Shown here: one piece after another, positions 24,958-39,100 of the stretch | Layout of the letters: every line of letters starts with the position of its first letter | Numbering within the stretch: position 1 is the stretch's first letter | Position numbers and translations under genes: made by a program | Notes under the pieces: model-generated | Database searches by the model: none | Seen by the model: only the letters and a program-made list of their open reading frames with translations | Told to the model about the DNA's origin: nothing | Source: the human T2T-CHM13v2.0 reference genome, Homo sapiens | Reading direction: 5' to 3' (one strand) | Assembly (NCBI RefSeq): GCF_009914755.1 | Contig: NC_060944.1 | DNA: 64,000 nt

Positions 24958-27900
24958 CCTGTAGTTGTGTCCATTTCCCCTCCCTGACTTCTCCTCCTGC
25001 AGCATCCTTCCCTTTAGTTGTGTCCATTTCCCCTCCCTGACTTCTCCTCCTGCAGCATCTTTCCTAGTTGTGTCCATTTCCCCTCCCTGACTTCTCCTCC
25101 TGCAGCATCTTTCCTTGTAGTTGTGTCCATTTCCCCTCCCTGGCTTCTCCTCCTGCAGCATCTTTCCTAGTTGTGTCCATTTCCCCTCCCTGACTTCTCC
25201 TCCTGCAGCATCCTTCCCTGTAGTTGTGTCCATTTCCCCTCCCTGACTTCTCCTCCTGCAGCATCTTTCCCTGTAGTTGTGTCCATTTCCCCTCCCTGAC
25301 TTCTCCTCCTGCAGCATCTTTCCTTGTAGTTGTGTCCATTTCCCCTCCCTGGCTTCTCCTCCTGCAGCATCTTTCCCTGTAGTTGTGTCCATTCCCCCTC
25401 CCTGGCTTCTCCTGTAGCATCTTTCCCTGTAGTTGTGTCCATTTCCCCTCCCTGGCTTCTCCTGCAGCATCTTTCCCTGTAGTTGTGTCCATTTCCCCTC
25501 CCTGGCTTCTCCTCCTGCAGCATCTTTCCCTGTAGTTGTGTCCATTTCCCCTCCCTGGCTTCTCCTCCTGCAGCATCTTTCCCTGTAGTTGTGTCCATTT
25601 CCCCTCCCTGGCTTCTCCTGCAGCATCTTTCCCTGTAGTTGTGTCCATTTCCCCTCCCTGGCTTCTCCTGCAGCATCTTTCCCTGTAGTTGTGTCCATTT
25701 CCCCTCCCTGGCTTCTCCTGCAGCATCTTTCCCTGTAGTTGTGTCCATTTCCCCTCCCTGGCTTCTCCTGCAGCATCTTTCCCTGTAGTTGTGTCCATTT
25801 CCCCTCCCTGGCTTCTCCTGTAGCATCTTTCCTAGTTGTGTCCATTTCCCCTCCCTGGCTTCTCCTGTAGCATCTTTCCTAGTTGTGTCCATTTCCCCTC
25901 CCTGGCTTCTCCTGCAGCATCTTTCCCTGTAGTTGTGTCCATTTCCCCTCCCTGGCTTCTCCTGCAGCATCTTTCCCTGTAGTTGTGTCCATTTCCCCTC
26001 CCTGGCTTCTCCTGTAGCATCTTTCCTAGTTGTGTCCATTTCCCCTCCCTGGCTTCTCCTGTAGCATCTTTCCTAGTTGTGTCCATTTCCCCTCCCTGGC
26101 TTCTCCTGTAGCATCTTTCCCTGTAGTTGTGTCCATTTCCCCTCCCTGGCTTCTCCTGCAGCATCTTTCCCTGTAGTTGTGTCCATTTCCCCTCCCTGGC
26201 TTCTCCTGCAGCATCTTTCCCTGTAGTTGTGTCCATTTCCCCTCCCTGGCTTCTCCTACAGCATCTTTCCCTGTAGTTGTGTCCATTTCCCCTCCCTGGC
26301 TTCTCCTGTAGCATCTTTCCTAGTTGTGTCCATTTCCCCTCCCTGGCTTCTCCTGTAGCATCTTTCCCTGTAGTTGTGTCCATTTCCCCTCCCTGGCTTC
26401 TGCAGCATCTTTCCCTGTAGTTGTGTCCATTTCCCCTCCCTGGCTTCTCCTGTAGCATCTTTCCTAGTTGTGTCCATTTCCCCTCCCTGGCTTCTCCTGT
26501 AGCATCTTTCCTAGTTGTGTCCATTTCCCCTCCCTGGCTTCTCCTGCAGCATCTTTCCCTGTAGTTGTGTCCATTTCCCCTCCCTGGCTTCTCCTGCAGC
26601 ATCTTTCCCTGTAGTTGTGTCCATTTCCCCTCCCTGGCTTCTCCTGTAGCATCTTTCCTAGTTGTGTCCATTTCCCCTCCCTGGCTTCTCCTGCAGCATC
26701 TTTCCCTGTAGTTGTGTCCATTTCCCCTCCCTGGCTTCTCCTGCAGCATCTTTCCCTGTAGTTGTGTCCATTTCCCCTCCCTGGCTTCTCCTGTAGCATC
26801 TTTCCCTGTAGTTGTGTCCATTTCCCCTCCCTGGCGTCTCCTCCTGCAGCATCTTTCCTAGTTGTGTCCATTTCCCCTCCCTGGCTTCTCCTGCAGCATC
26901 TTTCCCTGTAGTTGTGTCCATTTCCCCTCCCTGGCTTCTCCTGTAGCATCTTTCCCTGTAGTTGTGCCCATTTCCCCTCCCTGACTTCTCCTCCTGCAGC
27001 ATCTTTCCTAGTTGTGTCCATTTCCCCTCCCTGGCTTCTCCTGCAGCATCTTTCCCTGTAGTTGTGTCCATTTCCCCTCCCTGGCTTCTCCTGTAGCATC
27101 TTTCCCTGTAGTTGTGTCCATTTCCCCTCCCTGGCGTCTCCTCCTGCAGCATCTTTCCTAGTTGTGTCCATTTCCCCTCCCTGGCTTCTCCTGCAGCATC
27201 TTTCCCTGTAGTTGTGTCCATTTCCCCTCCCTGGCTTCTCCTGTAGCATCTTTCCCTGTAGTTGTGTCCATTTCCCCTCCCTGACTTCTCCTCCTGCAGC
27301 ATCTTTCCTAGTTGTGTCCATTTCCCCTCCCTGGCTTCTCCTGCAGCATCTTTCCCTGTAGTTGTGTCCATTTCCCCTCCCTGGCTTCTCCTGTAGCATC
27401 TTTCCCTGTAGTTGTGTCCATTTCCCCTCCCTGGCGTCTCCTCCTGCAGCATCTTTCCTAGTTGTGTCCATTTCCCCTCCCTGGCTTCTCCTGCAGCATC
27501 TTTCCCTGTAGTTGTGTCCATTTCCCCTCCCTGGCTTCTCCTGTAGCATCTTTCCCTGTAGTTGTGTCCATTTCCCCTCCCTGGCTTCTCCTGTAGCATC
27601 TTTCCTAGTTGTGTCCATTTCCCCTCCCTGGCTTCTCCTGCAGCATCTTTCCCTGTAGTTGTGTCCATTTCCCCTCCCTGGCTTCTCCTGCAGCATCTTT
27701 CCCTGTAGTTGTGTCCATTTCCCCTCCCTGGCTTCTCCTGTAGCATCTTTCCCTGTAGTTGTGTCCATTTCCCCTCCCTGGCGTCTCCTCCTGCAGCATC
27801 TTTCCTAGTTGTGTCCATTTCCCCTCCCTGGCTTCTCCTGCAGCATCTTTCCCTGTAGTTGTGTCCATTTCCCCTCCCTGGCTTCTCCTGTAGCATCTTT

Positions 27901-28662
27901 CCCTGTAGTTGTGTCCATTTCCCCTCCCTGGCTTCTCCTCCTGCAGCATCTTTCCCTGTAGTTGTGTCCATTTCCCCTCCCTGGCTTCTCCTGCAGCATC
28001 TTTCCCTGTAGTTGTGTCCATTTCCCCTCCCTGGCTTCTCCTGCAGCATCTTTCCCTGTAGTTGTGTCCATTTCCCCTCCCTGGCTTCTCCTCCTGCAGC
28101 ATCTTTCCCTGTAGTTGTGTCCATTCCCCCTCCCTGGCTTCTCCTCCTGCAGCATCTTTCCCTGTAGTTGTGTCCATTTCCCCTCCCTGGCTTCTCCTGC
28201 AGCATCTTTCCCTGTAGTTGTGTCCATTTCCCCTCCCTGGCTTCTGCAGCATCTTTCCCTGTAGTTGTGTCCATTTCCCCTCCCTGGCTTCTCCTGTAGC
28301 ATCTTTCCCTGTAGTTGTGTCCATTTCCCCTCCCTGGCTTCTCCTGCAGCATCTTTCCCTGTAGTTGTGTCCATTTCCCCTCCCTGGCTTCTCCTGCAGC
28401 ATCTTTCCCTGTAGTTGTGTCCATTTCCCCTCCCTGGCTTCTCCTGCAGCATCTTTCCCTGTAGTTGTGTCCATTTCCCCTCCCTGGCTTCTCCTGCAGC
28501 ATCTTTCCCTGTAGTTGTGTCCATTTCCCCTCCCTGGCTTCTCCTGCAGCATCTTTCCCTGTAGTTGTGTCCATTTCCCCTCCCTGGCTTCTCCTGCAGC
28601 ATCTTTCCCTGTAGTTGTGTCCATTTCCCCTCCCTGGCTTCTCCTCTTCTAGCATCTTTCCT
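24958..28662. repeat. Large VNTR, ~3.7 kb, ~74 copies of a 47/50/53-bp unit (GTAGTTGTGTCCATTTCCCCTCCCTGGCTTCTC[CTC]CTG(C/T)AGCATCTTTCC[CT])
   Basis: Near-perfect tandem array that is directly visible; it is the source of the 244-683 aa minus-strand ORFs. Confidence 0.98.
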
Positions 28663-29692
28663 GCTCCCTGGTAGCCTCTTGGGAGCCACCTATTTCTGGA
28701 GGTCCCCACTCTGGGTTCCTTGTCCTGGGTGTGGGGCGAATGTGCTGGACTGGGGTCACAGCATTGAACCCCACTTGGAGCTGAGGATGTTCTCGCCCCA
28801 GAAGGAAAAGCTGTGTGTGTCTGCGTGGAGCAGTGTGGAGTGGTTTCCTTGGTGCCGCCTGGGTTCCGGGCACCCGGCCTGGGTGTGAGGCCTGGTCACA
28901 TGGCTGAACTGCTCTCCCAGGCACCCCGGGAGGGATGAATGTGACACTATTGGTGTCCCTCCCAGCACACTGCCTGCCCTGGGCTGGGCACACTCCTCCC
29001 CTGTTGGCAGCCGGGGATGACAGGCCGCCTGGAGAGCCCGTCCTGTGATTTGGTTTGGAAAGTCATTATTACTGCAGAGCAGTTTAGCTGTTGTTTTTAC
29101 AGCGTTGGTAAGGTTAAAAGAAATAATGATAATAATATAAGAAAGACTCAGCCACAGTAACTGCCTGCAACATGCTATTTGCATTTTTAAGGAAACACTT
29201 CTTTGAGACAGCCTGGGTGAAAGGTCACTATTTGCATATAAATGGAAAAGAAAGTGTATGATGCTGGAAGTTACATCTGTATTATTTTCTCAGCAGTGAG
29301 CTGCTGTTGGAGAGATTAGAGGACATGGCTTGCATTTGGCTTTTATTGAATAGAGAAAGTACCAGCGAGGCTGATTTAGAAGCAAAATAATGAGAGAAAT
29401 GTGCAAAGCTATAGAATTGCCAACTCCCTGCCCCCACCTCTCCCTTCTCTCATTTTCACCTAAACTCAGCAAAAGCTGGTCTGCCTTTGCGCCACTCAGC
29501 AAGTCTTCATTTTACTTCTCTCTGGATTCCAGAGAGGAAAAAAAAAAAGGAAAGAAAAAGAGCAAAACTTGCCCTCATTTTCCCCTCGGTCCCATTTGTG
29601 TTTCCTGCCAGTGTTTCCTCCAGATGCCCCAAACCCCGGAGCAGAAGCCCCTGTGACTGTGGCCCCCCAGGGTGTGGAGAGGAAGAGGCCCT

Positions 29693-29840
29693 CGGGGCGG
29701 GGACAAGAGGGCACCCCTCTCCAGGGTGGGGACAAGAGGGCACCCCTCTCCAGGGGTGGGGACATGAGGGCACCCCTCTCCGGGGGCGGGGACAAGAGGG
29801 CACCCCTCTCCAGGGCAGGGACAAGAGGGTACCCCTCTCC
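29693..29840. repeat. 29-30-bp minisatellite, ~5 copies (GGGGACAAGAGGGCACCCCTCTCCAGGGGT)
   Basis: GACAAG/GACATG cores at 29702, 29731, 29761, 29791 and 29820. Confidence 0.92.
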
Positions 29841-30629
29841 GGAGCTAGTGGGCCTGTTTTGGACCCGCTGCTGGGAAAGGCTGGGGGCAGGGGCAAATGT
29901 GGGGGGTCCTGTGTGGGCTGAGGGAGTCCTGTTCCACCTTCCCCTCAGCCCCATGGGACCCGCAGTTTCTAGGGCATGGGTTCCACCTTCTTCATGGAAA
30001 TTTCCAAGCTTGTCAGACTTTCTCAGGTGCCTGGTCCCCTGGGCTTTCCAGGATGCCCCCAGGAACAAAGCCGGCCATCCCTGAGAGAAACCCTGGGTGG
30101 GGCTGGGGCCGGCACCTGCCCAGCCAGCTTTGGAAGCAGACTTGGCTGAGCACATCATGGACTTCAGGGTCTTCCAGGAGCAGTCCTGGGACAGAGGGAG
30201 GTGGAGCGTCCTGCCCGGAGGAGGCACCTCAGGATCCTCCTTGGTCCCAGCTTCTCTCTTCACAGAGGCCTCCACTGACCACTGGTTACTTAAATCACAG
30301 TCCCCCATCCTCATTATTTTCAAAAATACATTTTGAAACAATCTCAAAGCCACAGAAACGTTTCAAGTAAAGGGCCAAGCTGTTTCTCCTGAGCGTTTGA
30401 GAGCGTGTTGCTGATGCGATGCCATCACCAAGGACACTTGCATGGGTGTTTCCAGCAGAGAGGCCGCTCTCCCACTGCTCCACCCTCACCTTCTCGGCCA
30501 TCTGGTCCTCAGACCCATTCAGGGGTGGGTTCAGAACCACGTGCTGTGCGTGGTCCTGGTGTCTCGTTCGTCTGAAGTCGTTTTTAGCACTCCTCGCCTT
30601 TCGTGACCTTGTGCTTTTGGAAGAGCGCA

Positions 30630-31648
30630 GAGCCGTTATTCAGTGGGATACCCTTCAACGTGGGAGCACTGAGCCGTTATTCGGTGGGATACCCTTCAAC
30701 GTGGGAGCACTGAGCTGTTATTCAGTGGGATACCCTTCAACGTGGGAGCACTGAGCCGTTATTCGGTGGGATACCCTTCAACGTGGGAGCACTGAGCCGT
30801 TATTCGGTGGGATACCCTTCAACGTGGGAGCACTGAGCCGTTATTCGGTGGGATACCCTTCAACGTGGGAGCACTGAGCCGTTATTCGGTGGGATACCCT
30901 TCAACGTGGGAGCACTGAGCCGTTATTCGGTGGGATACCCTTCAACGTGGCAGCACTGAGCCGTTATTCGGTGAGATACCCTTCAACGTGGGAGCACTGA
31001 GCCGTTATTCGGTGGGATGCCCTTCAACGTGGGAGCACTGAGCCGTTATTCGGTGGGATACCCTTCAACGTGGGAGCACTGAGCCGTTATTCGGTGAGAT
31101 ACCCTTCAACGTGGGAGCACTGAGCTGTTATTCGGTGGGATGCCCTTCAACGTGGGAGCACTGAGCCGTTATTTGGTGGGATGCCCTTCAACGTGGGAGC
31201 ACTGAGCCGTTATTCGGTGGGATACCCTTCAACGTGGGAGCACTGAGCCGTTATTCAGTGGGATGCCCTTCAACGTGGGAGCACTGAGCCGTTATTCAGT
31301 GGGATACCCTTCAACGTGGGAGCACTGAGCCGTTATTCGGTGAGATACCCTTCAACGTGGGAGCACTGAGCCGTTATTCGGTGAGATACCCTTCAAGGTG
31401 GGAGCACTGAGCCGTTATTCAGTGGGATACCCTTCAACGTGGGAGCACTGAGCCGTTATTTGGTGAGATACCCTTCAAGGTGGGAGCACTGAGCTGTTAT
31501 TCAGTGGGATACCCTTCAACGTGGGAGCACTGAGCCGTTATTCGGTGAGATACCCTTCAACGTGGGAGCACTGAGCCATTATTCGGTGGGATGCCCTTCA
31601 ACGTGGGAGCACTGAGCCGTTATTCGGTGGGATGCCCTTCAACGTGGG
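30630..31648. repeat. 41-bp VNTR, ~25 copies (GAGCCGTTATTCGGTGGGATACCCTTCAACGTGGGAGCACT)
   Basis: Constant 41-bp period (30630, 30671, ...), with substitution variants only. Confidence 0.98.
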
Positions 31649-32149
31649 TTTGTCCAGTGTTGCCCGTGATGCAGGAACACCTGAGTGGGAGGTTCTCCCT
31701 TCACCTGATGCTGATTTGTCCCTTAACTCATAATGTTGACTTGGTCACTGGATTAGATGGGGCATCCCAGCACCTCTATGCCAGAGGGAAATGCCAGTCA
31801 TTTTCCCTTTGCAATTAATAAATATTTGGGGGGAAGGTACTTTGAAACTATGGAAATATCTCCATCCTCAACAAACCATCACTTAACTTTGATGGATATC
31901 TCTATAGACTCGTTGTTTCCTGTTTTACCCCATGGGCTGAAAGCCTTCTTTGGATGCTCAGATTGTCCCTGATTGACCAGTGGAAGCCCAGTACAGAGGC
32001 TCCTGTAGCCTCGGTCCAGCTCCCCTGTCCTTTCTTGTTCTTGCCTTTCCTGCTTGGGGCCTGGAACTCTGGTTCCTTTTATTAGAAAATGGTGTTAGCC
32101 TGAGACCTGGGTGTTGGGCCTCTAGTGGACATGGCTGGGAAGACGTATG

Positions 32150-32608
32150 TGTGTACACACACATACTCACATGCTACACACAGTTACACAATGCTACACA
32201 CACACAGTTACACACACATACTACACACAGGCTACACACAGTTACACACACGCTACACAGTTACATGCATGCTCTATACAGTTATACACACATGCTACAC
32301 ACACAGTTACACACACATTTGCACACAGTTACACACTCACATGCTACACACAGTTACACACATACGCCACACACGCTACACACATGCTACATGCAGTTAC
32401 ATGCTACACAGTCACACACAGTTACACACCACACGCAGTTACACACACATGCTACACACAGGTACATGCTACACACACGCTACACACAGTTATACATGCT
32501 ACACACACGCTACACACAGTTACATGCTACACAGTTACATGCATGCTCTATACAGTTATACACACATGCTACACACACACAGTTACAGACACACGCCACA
32601 CACACACC
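32150..32608. repeat. CA-rich degenerate repeat (ACACACAGTTACAC/ATGCTACAC)
   Basis: Directly visible. Confidence 0.9.
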
Positions 32609-35231
32609 CTTTTTCACCTAGGTCTGTATTTACTTCTCCATCTATCGATGTTTATTGAAAAACACAAGTTCATATTGATAACCTCTGATTCCAATTCCCA
32701 CACAGGGTTCATTCTAAGGTTCTGCCTTTCCGTAGGCATAACGTCCTCTTCCAACAGTGAGAAAGCTGGTTTCCATTATCTTTAATGTGTTTACTTCTTT
32801 GATCCACCTCTTTCCCCATACCAGCACCCTCCTTACTCCACACAAGTGCTGACCCCTTGCTGAGCCCCTCTCTGCAGGCCAACCTCTGGGTCGCCACAGG
32901 ACAGCCCCACCCTCTGTTCTAGGCCTTGGTGGGGACACCTTCTCCCCTGCAAGGGCTCTGGTGCTGGGGAGCCTCACTGGCCAGTTGCCCAGGACTTTGG
33001 GGTTCACAGGGTGTGGGCCAGGACAATCCAAGTATAATGGGCTGATTGGCCTCCCTGTGGCTCCAGAACTGGACCTTTTCGGACACTTGTGCTCACAGTG
33101 ACCAGCTAGCTTCCTTTGTAGCGTTGAGCGTTATCTTTCTTTATCTTCAGTGTTTCGCTGGTGGACCAAACAGTTTACCAGTGTTATGTCTCATACAAGA
33201 TTTTGTGGTTTGTTTTTCTTGTAGACAGTGATCACCACCCCTGCCACATGCACCTCCCTGCCCTCGCTTCCCTTACTCGCGGTTCAATGCTCAGTTTTTG
33301 AGGCTGTGCATATCTGGATTTTTTTATTCTTCTACTTCCTGTGATCAGTGTTTTGCCTGGGCATAGAGGACATGCCCTGAAGTTGAATGTCAACTCCCTT
33401 GAAATTGGGAAGAGGCTTTCTCTACTGTCTGTGAATGCTGCTCTGGAGCAATGTGATCCTATTCTAGTTATCGGTTTTGTTTGTGACTTTTTCCCACTTC
33501 AAAAGCTTTTAGGGTCTTTTTTCTATTCCTGGTGTTTTAAAATTTTATAGTGCCGGGCTTGGTTGGATGTGGGTCTCTTTTTATTCACGATTATGGGCAC
33601 TTAATGGGCTTTTTAATCTAAAAATATAATTTCCTTTAGTTCTCGGAAAATTTTTTTTATTATTTAACTTACACTTTTCCTTCCCATTTTCTTAATTCTC
33701 TCTTTCTGGAACTCCCAAATCGGGTGTCAGTCCTCACTCAGCGTTTCCTCCGTCTCTGCTATCTCTTCGTCCTTTTGTTCACTTTCCTAGTATATTTCTT
33801 TGACTCTATCTCCCAAGTCTTCTGTTGAATTTTTCATTTTGGTTTTACAATTTATTTCCAAGTTGGGGAGGATGGACACAATGGTATTAAGCCTTCCCAA
33901 ACAAGTCCTCCTGTCACTGTCTGGGCTGGGCCATATCTGCCCTGTCCACATGCGTCTGGAGAGTCTGTGTCCTGCCTCCTGGTTTGTCCTTGTTCCTGCT
34001 CTAACCGCTGCCCACACTGTTAGTCGAGGGAGCCTGAAGGAGCCTCCTGAAACACTCATTTGCTCATCCAGTGCAGGTTCCTCCCACAGGCCAGGAAAGG
34101 TCCCAGGAACAGCCATTATTGAGCACCCTGGCAGTTCTCAGACTGCGGTGGGGACCTCGCTTTGAACTTTGAGAGGCAGATGCTGGACCTAGTATTTCTG
34201 CTGCCTCCTCCAGGAGCCATGTGACATGGATGTGAGTCTGTTTGCCTCCTAGGGCCTTACCTTCCTATGTCTGGGGGTGTAGCCTGGACCTCAGGGGTGT
34301 CCCCTTGGGTGTCAGAGGCTCTTTGGGACTAGAGGGAGGAATCCTGGGCTGTGGTCCCCCAGGAGTCTACTGTGACCTGTGACTGGTTTCGTGTGGGCCT
34401 TAAATTGTTTCTAAATTTTTATTCTAACCGTTTTCTTGCTGCCTTGCCAGGCTCTGATTTAAACCCAAGTAGCAGCAAGAAGGGGATAAATGAGGGATTG
34501 AGAGGAGAAGCAGGAAAAAAGTTTTTTGTTTTTTGTTTTTTTTCCTTTCGAATGGCAAGATGTAAGTTTATACTCAACCCTGGGCCCAGCTTTTCAGTTT
34601 CACTCTGCATGAGGTATGATGAAAGCTAAGAAGGCCTGCCCTCTCCAGGGAAGTGGCGGCTGGAGCAGCCACGGTGTCCCAGGGCGTGGCAGGCCCAGCC
34701 AATACGCACGCACAGGCAGAATGGGGGGCTGTTGCTGCTGGGTTAGCTACCAGGTGGGATTGGCCCTGGCCATCGGCTCAGCTGCATGGATAGCTGTGGA
34801 CACATCCTGACATAGCACTGGCCGAGGTGGGAGGTGAGCTTGGGCCGTTCTGGGTCCCGATGCCTCCTGGCTGTGCAGAGGCAGGTCGCCTTCCTTTGGC
34901 CCTGTTGAATGAGTACAGCTCTAACTGCTCTGGGGAGTGGGAGGGTGAAGTGGACCCAAGAGCTCTCACTCTGACCTCCGTGGCCTGTCTCGTGTCACTC
35001 GCATGACCCATCCTCCTGTTGTATCCCTGGACCCAGCCCTCCCTGGCCTCCAGGAGCAGGGAGTGATAGGCATCAAGGTGGTCCAGTTTGGGGTTGAGGC
35101 GCAGCGGTCCAGAGGCTGGCCCAGGACACAGGCTCACAGAACCCAGTCTGGAGAACCAAAGGGGACTTGCTGGGACCTCCTGCCCTAGGCAAGAGTCCCC
35201 AGAGTGTCTCACTGACCATCCACATGCCACT

Positions 35232-37025
<1,794 letters not shown>

Positions 37026-37044
37026 AGAACAAAACAACACAGCC

Positions 37045-37700
37045 AGAGAGGTCAGAAATGGTCAGATTCTGGTGAGATTTAGAAAATAACATTGGCAGGA
37101 TTTGGGGCCAAGGATGACCCTCAGGGTTCTGGCTTGAGGAGCTGATGACTGAAGAGGGGAAGAGGAAAACCCCACGTCACGTAAGAAGCAGATATTGTGG
37201 GCAGCGAGGAAGCAAAAAGGAGAAGCCATCTGACATGGGGTGGCCGGGTGGCCAGGAGGAGCCTGTACAGGTGACCGACAAGGTCAGGGGCGAGTGTTTG
37301 CCACAGAAGGGGGTGAACAGACACGCACCGCAGTGATGTCTAGTGGGCCCTCACGTGCCCTGTGAACATGAAGCCGCCTGTTGTTCCAGTAGAGGGATGT
37401 GGGTGGAGGCCAACTGTGGTGGGGAGTGAAGCGTAGTTATGAAGCAGGAGGAGATGGAGAGGGGGCTGGGCAGGGGCGTGAGGTCCAAAGAGACTGTGTT
37501 TTTAAACATGGATGCCTCAAGCCTGTTGAAGAGTTGGGAAGAGTAGTTCAATATTCCAGAAGAATGGAGGGAAGAGTTGATATTCCTGGGAACTTTCATT
37601 GACAGTGGGAAGGAGGTGGGTATAAAGTCCAGATGGACAAGCTGGCTCAGCAGGGAGGCAAGACCCCATCTCCTGTGCTGGAGACGGAGGAGGGCTGAGG
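37045..37700. mobile_element. Highly diverged L2 LINE fragment
   Basis: Purine-rich text with L2-like phrases (AGAAATGGTCAGATTCTGG...TTGGCAGGATTTG...CCAAGGATGACCCTCAGGGTTCTGGCTTGAG). Confidence 0.45.
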
Positions 37701-39100
37701 GGGTGCATGGGAGAATGGAGGTGTGGGCTCCTCTCAAGTGACTACCCTTCCCCTCTTTGCTGAGGGGCAGGTGGTAACAGCTCCTGGCCCCAAAGGCAGC
37801 CCTAGTTACCAGAGATGCAAAACCTAGTGAAGACTGAAAACATGTGGCTTTCCACACTTACCACCTGGCCTCTCACTCAGTCTTCCTGTTATTTTGTTCT
37901 TGTTTTCAGAGTGGGGAGGTTTTACACAGTGGAAGGGGGTCAGGTTGCCAGGGCTGGAGTGGATCAGAGCTAACTGCCACAGGGACTCCCATCCGGAGGC
38001 CCAGGGGATGCACCATGGGGGCAGGTGGGCTCAGGCCAGATTCCAGGCTACCGAGCCAGCATGAAAACAGCCACGGTCGCCCGCAGGGGGTCCCCCATGG
38101 GGTTGTGCGTGGAGTGGCCACAGTGCCAGTGCAAGGAGGAAGTGTGTGCTGGCAGTGGGTCAGCCGGCAGCTGGGGTGTTAGCTCTGGGACAAGGGGGCT
38201 CTCCTTGCCATGACGACAGAAGGAAACCTTGGGGTAGGCCAGCAGCACTTCCTGGGAAGAGCCCAGCAGAGCACTGGCTCTCAGTGGAAGCGTCCTGTCT
38301 GGGGCCTGGGTCAGGCTGGTCTCCAGTTTGCAGTGCTGCTGAGTTGGAAAAAGAGGGCTTCATTAGGAGAAGACAGACGGGGGGCTACAGCTCAGCACTG
38401 CACATCTCCCTGGCCTGTGTTGGAGTCTCTGGCCAGTGAGGGGTGGTTCCCTCTCCTCTGGACCTTTGTGCATCAATCTCAGCTGAGGAGGCCCTGTTTG
38501 TTTCCTGAGTTTTTCTGCCCACAAGAGCCCCATAAAAGTGAGTGTGGGGCCACCATGGGGACAGATGTGGGGGTTACCTTGAGCAGGCAGGACTCCAGGT
38601 GCAAAGATGCCGGGTCCCTAGAGAGGGGTCCCAGCCAGCGCCGCCCTCTGGGTGCCGGGAGCTGATCCCGAGAGGCTTGTTTTCCAGGAGACGTGCTCAG
38701 GATGGAGCGGTCTCTGATGTTCCGTTTCCCATTCGCATCCACGAGCAGGGATTCAGATTAACTCACTAGAAACTCAATAACCCAAGAGAACAGGCTCGTC
38801 TGGATGAAAACCTCCACTTCACTTCAGATTCCTGACAAGAAAGGCCATGGTGATGACAACAGCACTGACGTCCTCATGGGTTCACTTCCAGGCTCCGTCC
38901 ACACATGTCTCTCCATCTCCAAATAATTCTTCCCCTCCCACTTTGTGGGTGAAGGACTTAAGTCTCAGAGAGGGTAGTGACCTGCTGCTCAGGTCTGAGT
39001 TGGTGGCAGTGCCCTGTGTGAGCTTTGGGGACCCTTGTTCCCACCACAGAGTGTCCATGGAGCAGCATGACTTCTGGAAGGGCGTCTTTATGGAACACCT

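Larger units (their letters stand above)
30560..32800 (-). mobile_element. Old LINE-1 3' region (L1MC-like), interrupted by a 41-bp VNTR and a CA-rich repeat
   Basis: TGACCTTG..TTTGGAAGAG..GTTATT..CCCTTCAACGTGGGTTTGTC, TTTCCCTTTGCAATTAATAAATATTTGGGGGGAAGGTACTTTGAAACTATG and CTCTGGTTCCTTTTATTAGAAAATGG resemble L1MC 3' UTR sequence as recalled; boundaries are approximate. Confidence 0.6.

Noticed and set aside
24925-28709. Long minus-strand ORFs (244-683 aa, MDTTTGKDAAGEAREGKWTQLQGK...) suggesting a novel repetitive protein
   Set aside because: They lie within the 50-bp VNTR, and the same peptide appears in all three frames because the unit length is not a multiple of 3 and most units lack stops. 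There is no splice, promoter or polyA evidence.
30630-31648. CRISPR-like regular array (also considered for 23103-23442, 39101-39909 and 54254-54460)
   Set aside because: Units are head-to-tail with no unique spacers, there are no cas genes, and the context is primate DNA with Alus. These are minisatellites.
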